Positions 9,744-20,279 of a DNA stretch of 64,000 bases are shown here, one piece after another (position 1 is the stretch's first letter; each line of letters starts with the position of its first letter). Under the pieces are notes generated by a model. It searched no databases and was not told the DNA's origin. It was given only the letters and a program-made list of their open reading frames with translations. This stretch comes from an uncultured Hyphomicrobiales bacterium (GTDB lineage Bacteria; Bacteroidota; Ignavibacteria; Kapaibacteriales; UBA2268): assembly GCA_964454445.1 (NCBI GenBank), contig CAYVTD010000001.1, positions 62,121 to 126,120 of the forward strand. Reading direction: 5' to 3'. A program made the translations under genes and the position numbers.

Positions 9744-11183
9744 CTAACTTCCCGTTTTTTTAAGGAAAGACATTACAGTAGCCAGCTGCAATCGAAGCGG
9801 AGTTTTGAAAATCGAAATAGTTAAAAACTGCCCGCCTTCATCGATGGAAGCTTTATTTATTATTGCTAGAACTATTGCCATAGGTGCCCATAATCCAGTA
9901 TTTACAAGATTGTTGCCAGAAATAAAATTGACAACAAATTGCAAGAGCATAACGTAAAACAGAATACCAGTCATTCGTCGCTGTTCAATTGGATAATTCT
10001 TATAATTTGAATGGTTTATGATATAACGGATAGTGATGGCAAACAGCGAGATAAAAAATCCAATAAAAGCAAGAAAACCAAGCAAACCCATTTCGGATAA
10101 AGCCGCCAGGCTGGAGTACATTGGAAAGCCAATTTTACTGTATTTTTCGTAAGAAGTTAGCCCTATCCCAGTGCCAAGCACAGGATGGTTCATCCAGATT
10201 TTCATCGATTCGCCAATATAATCACGCCGCATACCATAAGATTCACCTACGGTAACCGACTTTTTCCCTGTGCTGAAATATAGAATTCCTTCTAAGCGGT
10301 CGCCAAAAAGCTCGAGCACACTCTGACTGGAATACGCCTTGACAAAGATATCTGCACCTATTATTAAAATTGCTCCTGATGCCAACATTATCAACATAGT
10401 CCTTAGTTTATTCTTCACACGCTCAAATAAAAAAATAGCTGATATTACAAGAGCTATCCCGACCATACCTGTCAATGAAAAAGCAAGAAAAAGACCTAAC
10501 AAACCCCATATAAAAGCAAAAATAGTTAGAAACCTTGATTTTATAAATCTACCCGTTTTTTGCACAAAGGGTACAATAATAAAAATCATAATATAAACAT
10601 TAAAAGAAGCAAGGGCTGATGGTTCAGGAAAAAATGAAGTTGCACGGAAAAAATTCTCATAACGCAAACTTAATTGCTTAAACTCGCTTTCTTCGAGAAA
10701 GCCACGGCTAAGCAAAGATACATTTGAAGATTCAAGCCAGGCAAATGGCAAATCCAAAGCCCGTGCTATTATCTGATATATTCCAAAGATGTTTATAAAA
10801 ATTGATACTATTATCCATATTTTTATACCGCTTTCCCATATTTTCGTTTTCATCGGAAAAACACCTGCCGAAAAGGCAAAAGTGGTCAGAAATAAAAAAT
10901 GTAGCAAAGTTTTAAAATATTGCACTATCATCTCAGAATTTCCAACAAACAAAGGTCTCAAGCCCGACAAGAAACTGCTGAAAACAAGCAAAAGAAAAAA
11001 AAGCCATACTGGATTGAGCGACAAACGCAACTTAACTCCATCCCAAGCTACTTGCTTTATAACCAACAAAATAAAGGCTATCATACACAACTCGAAATAA
11101 GTTACACCGTAGTTTCCCACAGCGAACGCTTGAAATGACTCTGAGAACAGAGCCGCTACGAGTATGGGTACGAGTATCGGCAT
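9744..11183 (-). CDS. O-antigen ligase (Wzy_C)-like polytopic membrane protein
   Basis: ~12 TM helices with a large loop containing NHPVLGTGIG, reminiscent of the WaaL/Wzy_C H-x-x-x-G-x-G region. Confidence 0.4.
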   Translation of the reverse strand: MPILVPILVAALFSESFQAFAVGNYGVTYFELCMIAFILLVIKQVAWDGVKLRLSLNPVWLFFLLLVFSSFLSGLRPLFVGNSEMIVQYFKTLLHFLFLTTFAFSAGVFPMKTKIWESGIKIWIIVSIFINIFGIYQIIARALDLPFAWLESSNVSLLSRGFLEESEFKQLSLRYENFFRATSFFPEPSALASFNVYIMIFIIVPFVQKTGRFIKSRFLTIFAFIWGLLGLFLAFSLTGMVGIALVISAIFLFERVKNKLRTMLIMLASGAILIIGADIFVKAYSSQSVLELFGDRLEGILYFSTGKKSVTVGESYGMRRDYIGESMKIWMNHPVLGTGIGLTSYEKYSKIGFPMYSSLAALSEMGLLGFLAFIGFFISLFAITIRYIINHSNYKNYPIEQRRMTGILFYVMLLQFVVNFISGNNLVNTGLWAPMAIVLAIINKASIDEGGQFLTISIFKTPLRLQLATVMSFLKKTGS

Positions 11184-11414
11184 TTATTTTTTTTAACCAT
11201 GGTCTGACTAATCATTTTAATTATCGAAAGATGTAGCTTTAGCTAATTCAAATTTAAAAAAAATATGTTAAAGCAAGAAAACTTGTGGATTATTTAAAAA
11301 TATTTGCTATATTTATTAATATTATTTTAATCAGATAATAAATTCTGATTATAATCGTAATATTTTAAATATCTATTATTCTAACTAATGTAACACTAAT
11401 AACAGGATTGCTTT

Positions 11415-13637
11415 ATGGAGACTTTTTTCGACAAATTAATGAGCAGGAAAAAACTATTTACTGCTTTCTGGCTAAGCGCCATTGTAATGACTGCGGCATT
11501 AGTGTATTATTCAGCAACACTAATCAAAGAGGTGCCGCCTATTCCAAAAGAAGTGAAGTCGGCAGACGGTGAAGTTCTTTATAATTATAACGATATTGTC
11601 ACCGGAAAATCCTACTTCCAACAGTTCGATTTGCAGGATTACGGCACTTTGCTCGGCATGGGTGCATATCTTGGACCTGATTATCCTACCCTGTTTTTGC
11701 ACAAAAGAGCCGAGTTTCTCTATAAATTTTATGCAACTGAACTTTTCGGCAAACAATGTAAACAATTGACAGCAACCGAAAAAGGTGCCGTAAAGGCAAA
11801 AACTATCGAAGATTTCCGTAAAAAGACAATCCTTTCTGAGGGTACTGTCAATTACACTCAGGCATCAACAGAAGCTTATCATAAAAACAAAGAATATATT
11901 GTTGATTTTCTAGTTAACGGCAACAAAAGTCTGGGCTATCCCGGCGGCGTAATCCATCTCGAAGAAGCAGAAAAGATAGCTGATTTCTTTGACTGGTCGC
12001 AATTAGTAGCAACAACAATTAGGCCCGGAACTGACAGAACCTGGTCTAACAACTGGCCCAACGAACCAATGATTGACCAAAACTCTCTCTGGAGCAATGT
12101 TATTTGGTCATTATTCCAATTGCTAGCCCTATGGACATTAACTATTTTTGTTTTTTATTTGCTATATGAATATATAATTAAAAAAGAAAATGATTACGAG
12201 CTTGAAAAACCATTTGTTATAACATCGCTTTTCCCTTCCCAGTTGAAATTACTAAAATATATACCAATAGTTACCCTGTTTTTCGTATTGCAAACTATTA
12301 TTGGTGGTTATATCTCCCATATTTACACGGTACCTTCAGAAGATTTCATCATACCACAGTCAATTTTGCCATTTAACATTTTCCGGGCATTGCACATAAA
12401 TATTGCAATAATATGGGTAGCTATCGGCTGGTTGGTTGGAGGTCTGTTCATAGCACCTCTGGCAGGCGGCAAGGACTTGAAATTCCCTTGGCTTGTTGAT
12501 ATACTTTGGATAGCTCTACTTGTTGTTGGCGCAGGTGGGTTGGTAGGTATTTATATGGGTGGAACAGGTCAATTAAGAGATGTTTGGTTTTGGCTCGGAA
12601 ATGAAGGTCGCGAATATCTGAACTTGGGCAGAGTCTGGGATATCGGGCTTGTCGTCGGACTTGTGCTTTGGTTCTTAATGGTTTTTTCAACAATACGAAA
12701 AGCAAAGGGCAACAATATTCTTATCGGCACTATCATCTGGTCTGCCTTTGGCGTTGCAACCCTTTACATCGCAGGAATGATGCCAATACACAAAATTTTC
12801 CCGAACTATACCATTGATGACTATTACCGCTGGTGGGTAGTCCATCTTTGGGTAGAATTGACCTTTGAACTTTTTGCAGCAGGAACGCTTGCTTATCTTG
12901 CCGTATCATTGGGCTTGGTGGCAAGGAGAATCGCCGAAAAAGTCATGCTTTTCGAATTGGTATTAATAGCTTTCTCAGGCATACTCGGTATTGGTCATCA
13001 CGTATGGTGGCAAGGCACAGACGAGTATTGGGTAGCGCTAGGCAGTATTTTCTCTTCTTTAGAGCCTCTTCCGCTGGTTTTGCTAATGATTCACGCTTGG
13101 AAGGAATACAAACACACTGTTTCCATGGGAAAGGACTTTGCATTTACGGTACCATTCTTCTGGCTGACTGGCTCGGCGTTTTTAAATTGGCTCGGTGCCG
13201 GTTTCTTCGGAATGGTTATCAACTTGCCTATTGTTAATTATTATGCACACGGCACATATTTGCTTATTCCCCATGGTCATGTCGCCTTGTTGGGTGCTTT
13301 TGGATACATCTCTATTGCATTCGTTTATATTACATCAAGGGCAAATGCACTTGCTAAGGGATTACGTTGGAGCGACAAGCCGGGCAAATGGGGCTTTTGG
13401 CTAGTAACTATCGGCGTTGTCTTATTTGCAATTCCCAATTTGATCGTGGGCTTGGCGCAAGCAGAGGTTTCTCACGATCTTGGATATTATTTTGCACGCT
13501 CACGCGAAGTTATTGAAGCTCATAGTTTCTGGCTTTGGTCTCGCTTGCTTCCCGATTCTATGATTATCATCGGCGCTGGAATTGTATTTCTTGATTTGTT
13601 TTACAAAACATTTCTTGCTAAAAAAGCTTCCGACTAA
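11415..13637 (+). CDS. norB: quinol-type nitric oxide reductase large subunit (qNOR, NorB/NorZ family)
   Basis: 740 aa. N-terminal TM plus periplasmic extension, then a heme-copper oxidase subunit-I core with His ligands (HHVWWQG, HGHVALLGAFG). Confidence 0.7.
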   Translation: METFFDKLMSRKKLFTAFWLSAIVMTAALVYYSATLIKEVPPIPKEVKSADGEVLYNYNDIVTGKSYFQQFDLQDYGTLLGMGAYLGPDYPTLFLHKRAEFLYKFYATELFGKQCKQLTATEKGAVKAKTIEDFRKKTILSEGTVNYTQASTEAYHKNKEYIVDFLVNGNKSLGYPGGVIHLEEAEKIADFFDWSQLVATTIRPGTDRTWSNNWPNEPMIDQNSLWSNVIWSLFQLLALWTLTIFVFYLLYEYIIKKENDYELEKPFVITSLFPSQLKLLKYIPIVTLFFVLQTIIGGYISHIYTVPSEDFIIPQSILPFNIFRALHINIAIIWVAIGWLVGGLFIAPLAGGKDLKFPWLVDILWIALLVVGAGGLVGIYMGGTGQLRDVWFWLGNEGREYLNLGRVWDIGLVVGLVLWFLMVFSTIRKAKGNNILIGTIIWSAFGVATLYIAGMMPIHKIFPNYTIDDYYRWWVVHLWVELTFELFAAGTLAYLAVSLGLVARRIAEKVMLFELVLIAFSGILGIGHHVWWQGTDEYWVALGSIFSSLEPLPLVLLMIHAWKEYKHTVSMGKDFAFTVPFFWLTGSAFLNWLGAGFFGMVINLPIVNYYAHGTYLLIPHGHVALLGAFGYISIAFVYITSRANALAKGLRWSDKPGKWGFWLVTIGVVLFAIPNLIVGLAQAEVSHDLGYYFARSREVIEAHSFWLWSRLLPDSMIIIGAGIVFLDLFYKTFLAKKASD

Positions 13638-13699
13638 GCTGTAGAATCTGACTAAGTTTATTTTTAATCAGTTTTTATCCCAAACAGGATAAAGCTTAC

Positions 13700-13747
13700 A
13701 AAAAAACCTTATTGTTCGCATCAATCGCGGATAATAAGGTTTTTTTA
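13700..13747. terminator. bidirectional rho-independent terminator between convergent norB and spoVR
   Basis: A7-CCTTATT-(19 nt)-AATAAGG-T7, with the stem at 13707-13713 and 13733-13739. Confidence 0.55.
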
Positions 13748-13906
13748 TTATTTATCATTGTTTATAAAGGAACAAATAAATGCAAACTCAAAAATATGAA
13801 GGGTATATCTGGATAGCTGATGATTTCAATTAACCGCTCTATGAGTTCAAAGAGTATATGCCTTAAAATATTTAATAGATACCCAGATTCTACAAAAAAT
13901 CTTTTT

Positions 13907-15520
13907 CTATAAAGCTTTTTTCGTTGTCTTCCTGTCTTTGATATGGTAAATCACTTCTCGAAGTTCATATTTTGGTTTTTCTTCTGGTTTGGGAGGTCGC
14001 GAAACAACTATTTCGGTGGTCTCGAGTTTCACTTCACTGCCCCATAAATACTCCAGTCCGATAAGAACTTCAGGAACATATTGCTTAACTAATTGCTTAC
14101 CTTCGAACTTATGCTTGAGATAGAGTGTTTTTTCGTTTGTTTTTTCCAGATTGACTTCGATGACAGGAGGATGGTAGAGCGAATCGAGAAGCATTTGCTT
14201 GTAGTCCTCAGCTTTTCGACTTTTAATGTAATATTCAATAGTGCCTCTTTGTTCATTTAAACGCTGCCCGACAGTGAAAAGGTCGTGCATATCGACAAAA
14301 TCCTGATCGACGAATGTATTGATTAGCATAAAATCAGAGAAATTTGAGCGAAGTGCGAAAATGGCTTCCCTTCCTTTTCCTGTGTTCTGATCAAACTCGT
14401 CGCGATATTCAATGCCATAATGCTTTTGAAAATAATATTGCAACTTCCCTTTGTTTGCAAGCTCTTCGACATATTGTATCAATCGAAGTCCGATAGCATA
14501 AGGATTAAGCCCAATTCTTGTCAATGAAGTAACGCCGGCATTGGTTTTCGAATAGGCAATCTCGTGACCCTTGATTTGCTCGTCGCTTCTGAAAAGCATA
14601 TCATGCCAATAGCTTGCCCAGCCCTCGTTTATTATTTTCGAGCGTATTTGCGGTGCAAAATACATCGAAGTATTGTGGACGATGGTCATCACCGACTTCA
14701 TCCACGAATTCTTTTCTATGGCTAGCAAAGGCGAATTATCGCGAATAAATTCAAGAATGTCGCTATAATGCTCCACATTTACTCTGCTGCTTTCTTTTTC
14801 GAAAAGTGCATCAAACTCCGGGTACTTCCCTCTAACTTCAGAGAAAAACAATGATTCGGCGATAACAGGATCGGCATCAACCAAGGCATTATAGCGAGCC
14901 ACCTCGTTGTATATCTCGTGCGAACGTACTTGCTTGATTTCCTGTAAAAAAACATCAAAATAAAAACTTAGCCGAGCCGAAGCATCTTTTTCTGTTGGAA
15001 ATTGCATTTTGGAGACCTTTTGGAAATATCCACTGATATTGTCAATGCTCCGGCTAAATTCCAAACTATAATCTGTCCATCTGCCATATTCGCTTCGCAG
15101 ATTGGCAATTAGACGTTTGTCTGCAAGTGCCTGCCCAACAAAATCGTCGTTCCAGGTATGCTCGAAAAGCAAATTATTTTGGAAAAAGTCGATATGTCCT
15201 AAAACATGATAAAAAATCATTGTGTTGAGCCAATCGGGATTGTTGTCGTTATAAAATGAAATCGCTGGACGCGAATTAATGACTGTTTCATAAGGGTTGG
15301 AAGGATATAGCTTGTATTTCCCATATTCTTTCAGAACCTCGACATCGTGTACCCAATAATCGTAAAGTGTTGGTATCATTACCTTTGGCGAAAGCTCGAG
15401 CATATCCCTGTTGGTAACAATGTATTCCAAACTTTCGTCGTCGAAATGCAAACCGGCTTGTCGGGCAATTGCCTTGCAATTCTCCATTATTTGCTTAGTT
15501 CTTTGATTGATAAGCTCCAT
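13907..15520 (-). CDS. spoVR: SpoVR/YcgB family protein
   Basis: 537 aa. The conserved YHVLGHIDFFQNN motif resembles the SpoVR H-x-x-GHN-FF-NN block. Confidence 0.6.
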   Translation of the reverse strand: MELINQRTKQIMENCKAIARQAGLHFDDESLEYIVTNRDMLELSPKVMIPTLYDYWVHDVEVLKEYGKYKLYPSNPYETVINSRPAISFYNDNNPDWLNTMIFYHVLGHIDFFQNNLLFEHTWNDDFVGQALADKRLIANLRSEYGRWTDYSLEFSRSIDNISGYFQKVSKMQFPTEKDASARLSFYFDVFLQEIKQVRSHEIYNEVARYNALVDADPVIAESLFFSEVRGKYPEFDALFEKESSRVNVEHYSDILEFIRDNSPLLAIEKNSWMKSVMTIVHNTSMYFAPQIRSKIINEGWASYWHDMLFRSDEQIKGHEIAYSKTNAGVTSLTRIGLNPYAIGLRLIQYVEELANKGKLQYYFQKHYGIEYRDEFDQNTGKGREAIFALRSNFSDFMLINTFVDQDFVDMHDLFTVGQRLNEQRGTIEYYIKSRKAEDYKQMLLDSLYHPPVIEVNLEKTNEKTLYLKHKFEGKQLVKQYVPEVLIGLEYLWGSEVKLETTEIVVSRPPKPEEKPKYELREVIYHIKDRKTTKKAL

Positions 15521-15558
15521 CTTCTAACCCTTATTTGATAATAATAAAAAAAACAGCT

Positions 15559-16341
15559 TTATCTGCCTTTAAATTCAGCTTTTCTCTTCTCAAGAAATGC
15601 TTTAGTTCCTTCTTTGAAATCTTCAGTGCCGCAAGTTCTGCCAAATACTTTCGATTCGTAATGCAAACCATCGAGTTCAGAAAGATATTCCGATGCATTG
15701 ACACATTCCACAGCAGCAGAAAGAGCAAGCGTGCCTTTCGATAGAAGTAGATAAACAAATTCCTCGACTTTTGCCATCAATTCTTCTGGCTTATAGACAG
15801 CATTTACCAGACCAATACGAAGAGCCTCGTTGGCATCGACCATATTAGCAGAAAGAATAAGCTCCATTGCCTTTGCCTTGCCAACTATCCGTGGAAGTCG
15901 CTGAGTGCCGCCATAACCAGGAATTATGCCAAGATTGACCTCTGGCTGTCCCATTTTTGCATTCTCAGAGGCAAAACGCATTTGGCAGGCAAGAGTCAAT
16001 TCACAACCACCACCAAGAGCAAACCCATTAACAGCTGCAATTGTTGGTATATTCATCTGAGCAAGCCGTTTCATTACATTAGAGCCATAAGCGGAGAAAA
16101 AACTACCGGTGATGCCATCTGATTCGTGCAATTCCTTGATGTCTGCACCTGCTGCAAACGCTTTAGCTCCTGATCCGGTAAGCACAAGAGCTTTTATTTC
16201 AGGGTCGTGCTGCACAAGCTTGAAGCAATCGTCAAGATCGTCGAACATTTGTTTGTTCAGTGCATTCAACTTGTCGGGACGATTAAGTGTGATTAAAGCC
16301 CAGCCGGCTTTTTTCTCGAAGATAATGGTTTCGTAGTTCAT
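15559..16341 (-). CDS. enoyl-CoA hydratase/isomerase (crotonase) family
   Basis: 260 aa. ALVLTGSGAKAFAAGADIKE oxyanion-hole region and GGGCELTLACQMRFAS motif. Confidence 0.75.
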   Translation of the reverse strand: MNYETIIFEKKAGWALITLNRPDKLNALNKQMFDDLDDCFKLVQHDPEIKALVLTGSGAKAFAAGADIKELHESDGITGSFFSAYGSNVMKRLAQMNIPTIAAVNGFALGGGCELTLACQMRFASENAKMGQPEVNLGIIPGYGGTQRLPRIVGKAKAMELILSANMVDANEALRIGLVNAVYKPEELMAKVEEFVYLLLSKGTLALSAAVECVNASEYLSELDGLHYESKVFGRTCGTEDFKEGTKAFLEKRKAEFKGR

Positions 16342-16480
16342 CTTTCCTCCTAAAGTTTAAAAAATTAATCTTAAAATCAATAATCAAAATTTTGTAATTT
16401 GCATTACAAACAACTAAATTAATAAAAAAACTTATATTTTATATGATCGAACTTGTTTTTTTTTATCATAAACAACGAAA

Positions 16481-17851
16481 ATGACATTTAAGTTATTGAA
16501 ATATAATAGACTCCTTTTCTTGAAGCCAGCATTGCTTCCAATCCTATTTGTTCTTTTGTTTTTTTCTTACTTTTCAACATCAAAATCGAAATCTGAGTTA
16601 ATTACCGAGCAGGAGCTTGCCAAAGGAGCTATTTATAAGAATTATTATGTAACAACACATGGAAAAACTCATAGTGTGCATGTTGTCGAATTGGATTTAA
16701 AGGCAAAAAACGTCCAACTCAAAGTATTGAAAGCAAAGGACTTGACCGACGAATTGATGAAAATCCACGATATTGCCAACTGGCACGATTCGCTTAATAT
16801 TGGCACTGTTATCGCCGCTATCAATGCTAATTTCTGGCGTGCCTATACCAATTATCCTATCGGTCCAACAGTTATCGATGGAGAGCCTGTAACAATGAGC
16901 AGCTACAAGCAATGGTCATCAGGTTTTTTCGACATAGATGGCAGGCTCTATATTGACGCTTTTCGACTAAATGCCGAGCTAATCCTGCCTAATGGTCAAT
17001 CATTACCGATAAATAGCGCCAACCATCGTCGCGATTCTACTGAAAATGTATTATATAATCGTTTTGCAGGTCATTTTGTGCCTCGCATTCATACCCGCGA
17101 TATGAAATCAGCTGTTTCGGAATCGCTCGAAGATTCTTTATTCAATGATTCCACCGAAATAGAATATCAAATGGAAGAATTAATGGCAACAATAGCCGAA
17201 GAGAAACGATTGTCGAATGCCGAGCATTCCTATACAAAAATTGCTTTAAAGTATCTCGACAAACCGGTGATTAACAAGGAAATTGAATGTCAGGTGGTAA
17301 GCATTGGCTCTGGCTCTGTCGAAATACCTGAAAATGGCTGTGTTATTTCTCTAAGCCCTGACTCAAAATTCTTTATTGGTAATAGACCTGGTATTTTCAA
17401 GCTAAGAATTCTTACAAACCAATATCAGAATATCCTTTTCAAAAATGCAGTTTGCGGTACTCCCCGACTTGTCAGACAAGGTATAGCCAAACACGAGGCT
17501 TATGAAGAAGGCTCGAAAGGCAGGCGCTTTATTCACAAGATGCTCCCACGAACTGCTATTGGCACCAATAAAGACAAATCCAAGGTTTTCCTCGTCGCTA
17601 TTGAAATTGGAAGCAGAAGCGAATCTACTTCTGGAGCCAATTTAGAGCAGCTCGCAGACATTATGAAGCAAATCGGTTGCCATGAGGCAATGAATCTCGA
17701 TGGGGGCGGTTCGACAACAATGATTGTCGATGGTTATAATGTAATTTATAAATCCAATCCTTTTCACTCCAGAAGAATTGCTGTCGCTATTGCAATCGTA
17801 GAAACAAATTTCGAGAATAATCTATTGAAGGATTGGTTTAAAGACAAATAA
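16481..17851 (+). CDS. phosphodiester glycosidase family protein (DUF2233/NAGPA-like)
   Basis: N-terminal TM or signal segment. C-terminal AMNLDGGGSTTMIV motif typical of the family. Confidence 0.5.
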   Translation: MTFKLLKYNRLLFLKPALLPILFVLLFFSYFSTSKSKSELITEQELAKGAIYKNYYVTTHGKTHSVHVVELDLKAKNVQLKVLKAKDLTDELMKIHDIANWHDSLNIGTVIAAINANFWRAYTNYPIGPTVIDGEPVTMSSYKQWSSGFFDIDGRLYIDAFRLNAELILPNGQSLPINSANHRRDSTENVLYNRFAGHFVPRIHTRDMKSAVSESLEDSLFNDSTEIEYQMEELMATIAEEKRLSNAEHSYTKIALKYLDKPVINKEIECQVVSIGSGSVEIPENGCVISLSPDSKFFIGNRPGIFKLRILTNQYQNILFKNAVCGTPRLVRQGIAKHEAYEEGSKGRRFIHKMLPRTAIGTNKDKSKVFLVAIEIGSRSESTSGANLEQLADIMKQIGCHEAMNLDGGGSTTMIVDGYNVIYKSNPFHSRRIAVAIAIVETNFENNLLKDWFKDK

Positions 17852-18119
17852 TTTTCTCAGGCTATTTAATATAGCTTGTTGTTCAATTAACAAATGTAAC
17901 TTTTCTTCGCTTCAAAACGTCTTTATATTTATAATTATTACAAGAAAAAAAGTTTTGTAAGAATAATAGAATTTGTTTATTTATTTATTTAAATTATTCA
18001 ATACACAAATTTTGTTTGGCAAAGATATAATTTGATAGTATTTTTGTATTTTAAGTTCTCTCTAATAAATAGTAACTGACAAAGTTCATTAAATTTTGTA
18101 TAACCAAACGGAGACCCGT

Positions 18120-20198
18120 ATGAAAAAATTTAGTATCCTCATCATTGCCTTATTAATTGCGCCGATGATGCTTAGCGCATTTAACAAAGAGCTTGCCAAG
18201 AGCTTAAATCCAAATACAGCACCTAACGTTCCGCAGCTAATCCAATTTGGAAATCAGGACAGAATAGTTAGTAGTTCTGCTTTAGAAAAAATCTCGAATC
18301 CTGGCATACTTGCCAACTATAAACCCATCGACACTATCCTTGATGCTTCTCTTAGCATTTTTGACATGGTTAAGCCTGTTGTCTATGAACCAAAATCTAA
18401 TTCATTAATTATTGCAAGTACTTGGCGTGCCCGCATGCAGCAAAGTGATCAGATCTTGACCGGACAAACTTATTGTTACATTTCCACGAATATGGGCACA
18501 AGCTGGGGAACAAAAATGTTGCACGAAGAACTCGGTGTATTGCCTGTTTGGCAAAATATTGCTGTTGTCAATACCGATGGCTCTACAAATCCAGACGATT
18601 TACATTATTTTCTTACTGGTCCATATTACAAATATTCACAAGCCACGAGCAATTATCAGATGAATTATGGGCATTATATCGTTTCTAGCCCTGTCGTTAA
18701 TATGAACTTCACAATGGCTGGACCAGAGGCAAACAATCCGGGCTACACTTGGTGGACTTCATATATCGCAAGCACTGATGGCTTAGGTTTTCCAATGTAC
18801 TTCCACGGTAATATCCTTAACAGCGGAGAAAGCCTTCAATATGGTCCTTATGGTATAACGAGCTTCTTCATTGACCTCGATACTAAAGATGCCAACTATC
18901 AATATTCTGGCATACCAAGCAACTTGGGAACTTCTAATTTCAGACCCTCTCCAGCAATTAATTCTTCATATAATGACAAAGGTTACCCCGGCGCAGACAA
19001 AAATGGAAACCTTTATTTCTGTGTCGATAACATGTTTGCGGACAACCCAGACAGAAGAGTTCCTGCCGTTATGAAATCCAACGATATGGGCACCACCTGG
19101 TCTGCTTGGAATAGAATGCCTGCCTCACTTCTCGAAAATTATGTTGCCGACAACGGTGGCTCGACTGTTTTACCCTTCTATATCGCTTCTTACAATGTTC
19201 AAGACTTTATTGTTATCGATGAAGACAATTATAGCTTCTTTGCCCGGGTCGTTTTCCAAAAAAATGAAGACGAAATCACTTCTCATTTGGTAGAAATCAA
19301 CTATAACGGCTCGCAATGGAAAATCTATGCTATTGCTGAAATCGTTGGAAGCAATTTCTGGGGCAGCAACCATTGGTTTATTATACACAAAGCTTCTGCT
19401 TACGACAATGCTGAAAAAGAATTTATCATCCAATCTCCTTACGAAAACGAAATTAATGCTGCCATTACTGCCGACGGAAAAAGCCTGCTTGTTAAATGGC
19501 TCGATTACAATGGAAATAGAATACCTGTAACTCCAACTGCCACTTTATATCAAGATATGAAAGATGCAAACAACGTCCCCCAGCCAGATAGAGAATGGAA
19601 TTTCGATTCCTTGGATGTTAATGACATTTATTTTGCTTATAGAAATATCAATGGCACCTGGTCTGAAAGAAAGAACCTGACAAACGACAATATGGTCAAT
19701 AACTTGACCTTTATTCCCCATGTAATACCAAGCTTGAACGAAGTGCCACTCATTTCTTACAACACTGTAAAAGCTAACGATCCTTCGTCAATCAGATATA
19801 ACTATCCTTACGAAACAATTACTCAGATGTGTATCGATATGCACGAGACTTCGCAAGGGTTTATGGCATCTCTTGGCGTTACATATATGCTCTTTGACGC
19901 TGTGAACTTCAACAGTGTAGAAGAAAACACCAATACATCTCTGTCTATTGACCAAATGTATCCAAACCCAGCTATGGAAACAATTAATCTGCCTTTAAAC
20001 CTTAATAACAGCGGGTCAGTAAGAGTGGAAGTCTTTACTACACTTGGCGTTAAAGTTGCCAATGTTTTAAACAGCACCCTATCTGCAGGAAGTCACGTCA
20101 TTCCTTTCTCGACTGCTAATCTTAGCTCGGGCATTTATCTCTGCAAAGTTACTGTGGATGGCAACGTAACATCACAGACATTCGTAGTTCAAAGATAA
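18120..20198 (+). CDS. T9SS-secreted BNR/Asp-box repeat protein
   Basis: The likely start is MKKFSIL, a signal peptide, rather than the upstream Met at 18096. Asp-box-like S/T-x-D/N-x-G-x-T/S-W repeats (STNMGTSWG, SNDMGTTWS). C-terminal ~80 aa with YPNP...GIYLCKV matches the T9SS type-A sorting domain. Confidence 0.6.
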   Translation: MKKFSILIIALLIAPMMLSAFNKELAKSLNPNTAPNVPQLIQFGNQDRIVSSSALEKISNPGILANYKPIDTILDASLSIFDMVKPVVYEPKSNSLIIASTWRARMQQSDQILTGQTYCYISTNMGTSWGTKMLHEELGVLPVWQNIAVVNTDGSTNPDDLHYFLTGPYYKYSQATSNYQMNYGHYIVSSPVVNMNFTMAGPEANNPGYTWWTSYIASTDGLGFPMYFHGNILNSGESLQYGPYGITSFFIDLDTKDANYQYSGIPSNLGTSNFRPSPAINSSYNDKGYPGADKNGNLYFCVDNMFADNPDRRVPAVMKSNDMGTTWSAWNRMPASLLENYVADNGGSTVLPFYIASYNVQDFIVIDEDNYSFFARVVFQKNEDEITSHLVEINYNGSQWKIYAIAEIVGSNFWGSNHWFIIHKASAYDNAEKEFIIQSPYENEINAAITADGKSLLVKWLDYNGNRIPVTPTATLYQDMKDANNVPQPDREWNFDSLDVNDIYFAYRNINGTWSERKNLTNDNMVNNLTFIPHVIPSLNEVPLISYNTVKANDPSSIRYNYPYETITQMCIDMHETSQGFMASLGVTYMLFDAVNFNSVEENTNTSLSIDQMYPNPAMETINLPLNLNNSGSVRVEVFTTLGVKVANVLNSTLSAGSHVIPFSTANLSSGIYLCKVTVDGNVTSQTFVVQR

Positions 20199-20232
20199 TA
20201 AATCAGTTTATTATTTTTACATCATAAAAAAA

Positions 20233-20268
20233 GCCCCCTGATTGCAAAGTCAAGGGACTTTTTTTTTA
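20233..20268. terminator. bidirectional intrinsic terminator between convergent genes
   Basis: A-tract, GCCCCCTGA ... TCAAGGGAC imperfect stem, T9 tract. Confidence 0.45.
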
Positions 20269-20279
20269 ATACTATTATA

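Noticed and set aside
11228-11235. AAGATGTA resembling an NsrR half-site upstream of norB
   Set aside because: Only one half-site. The expected inverted partner (TACATCTT) is absent.
18096-18119. Upstream Met (MYNQTETR) for the T9SS BNR protein
   Set aside because: The signal peptide begins at the second Met (MKKFSIL), which is the more plausible start.
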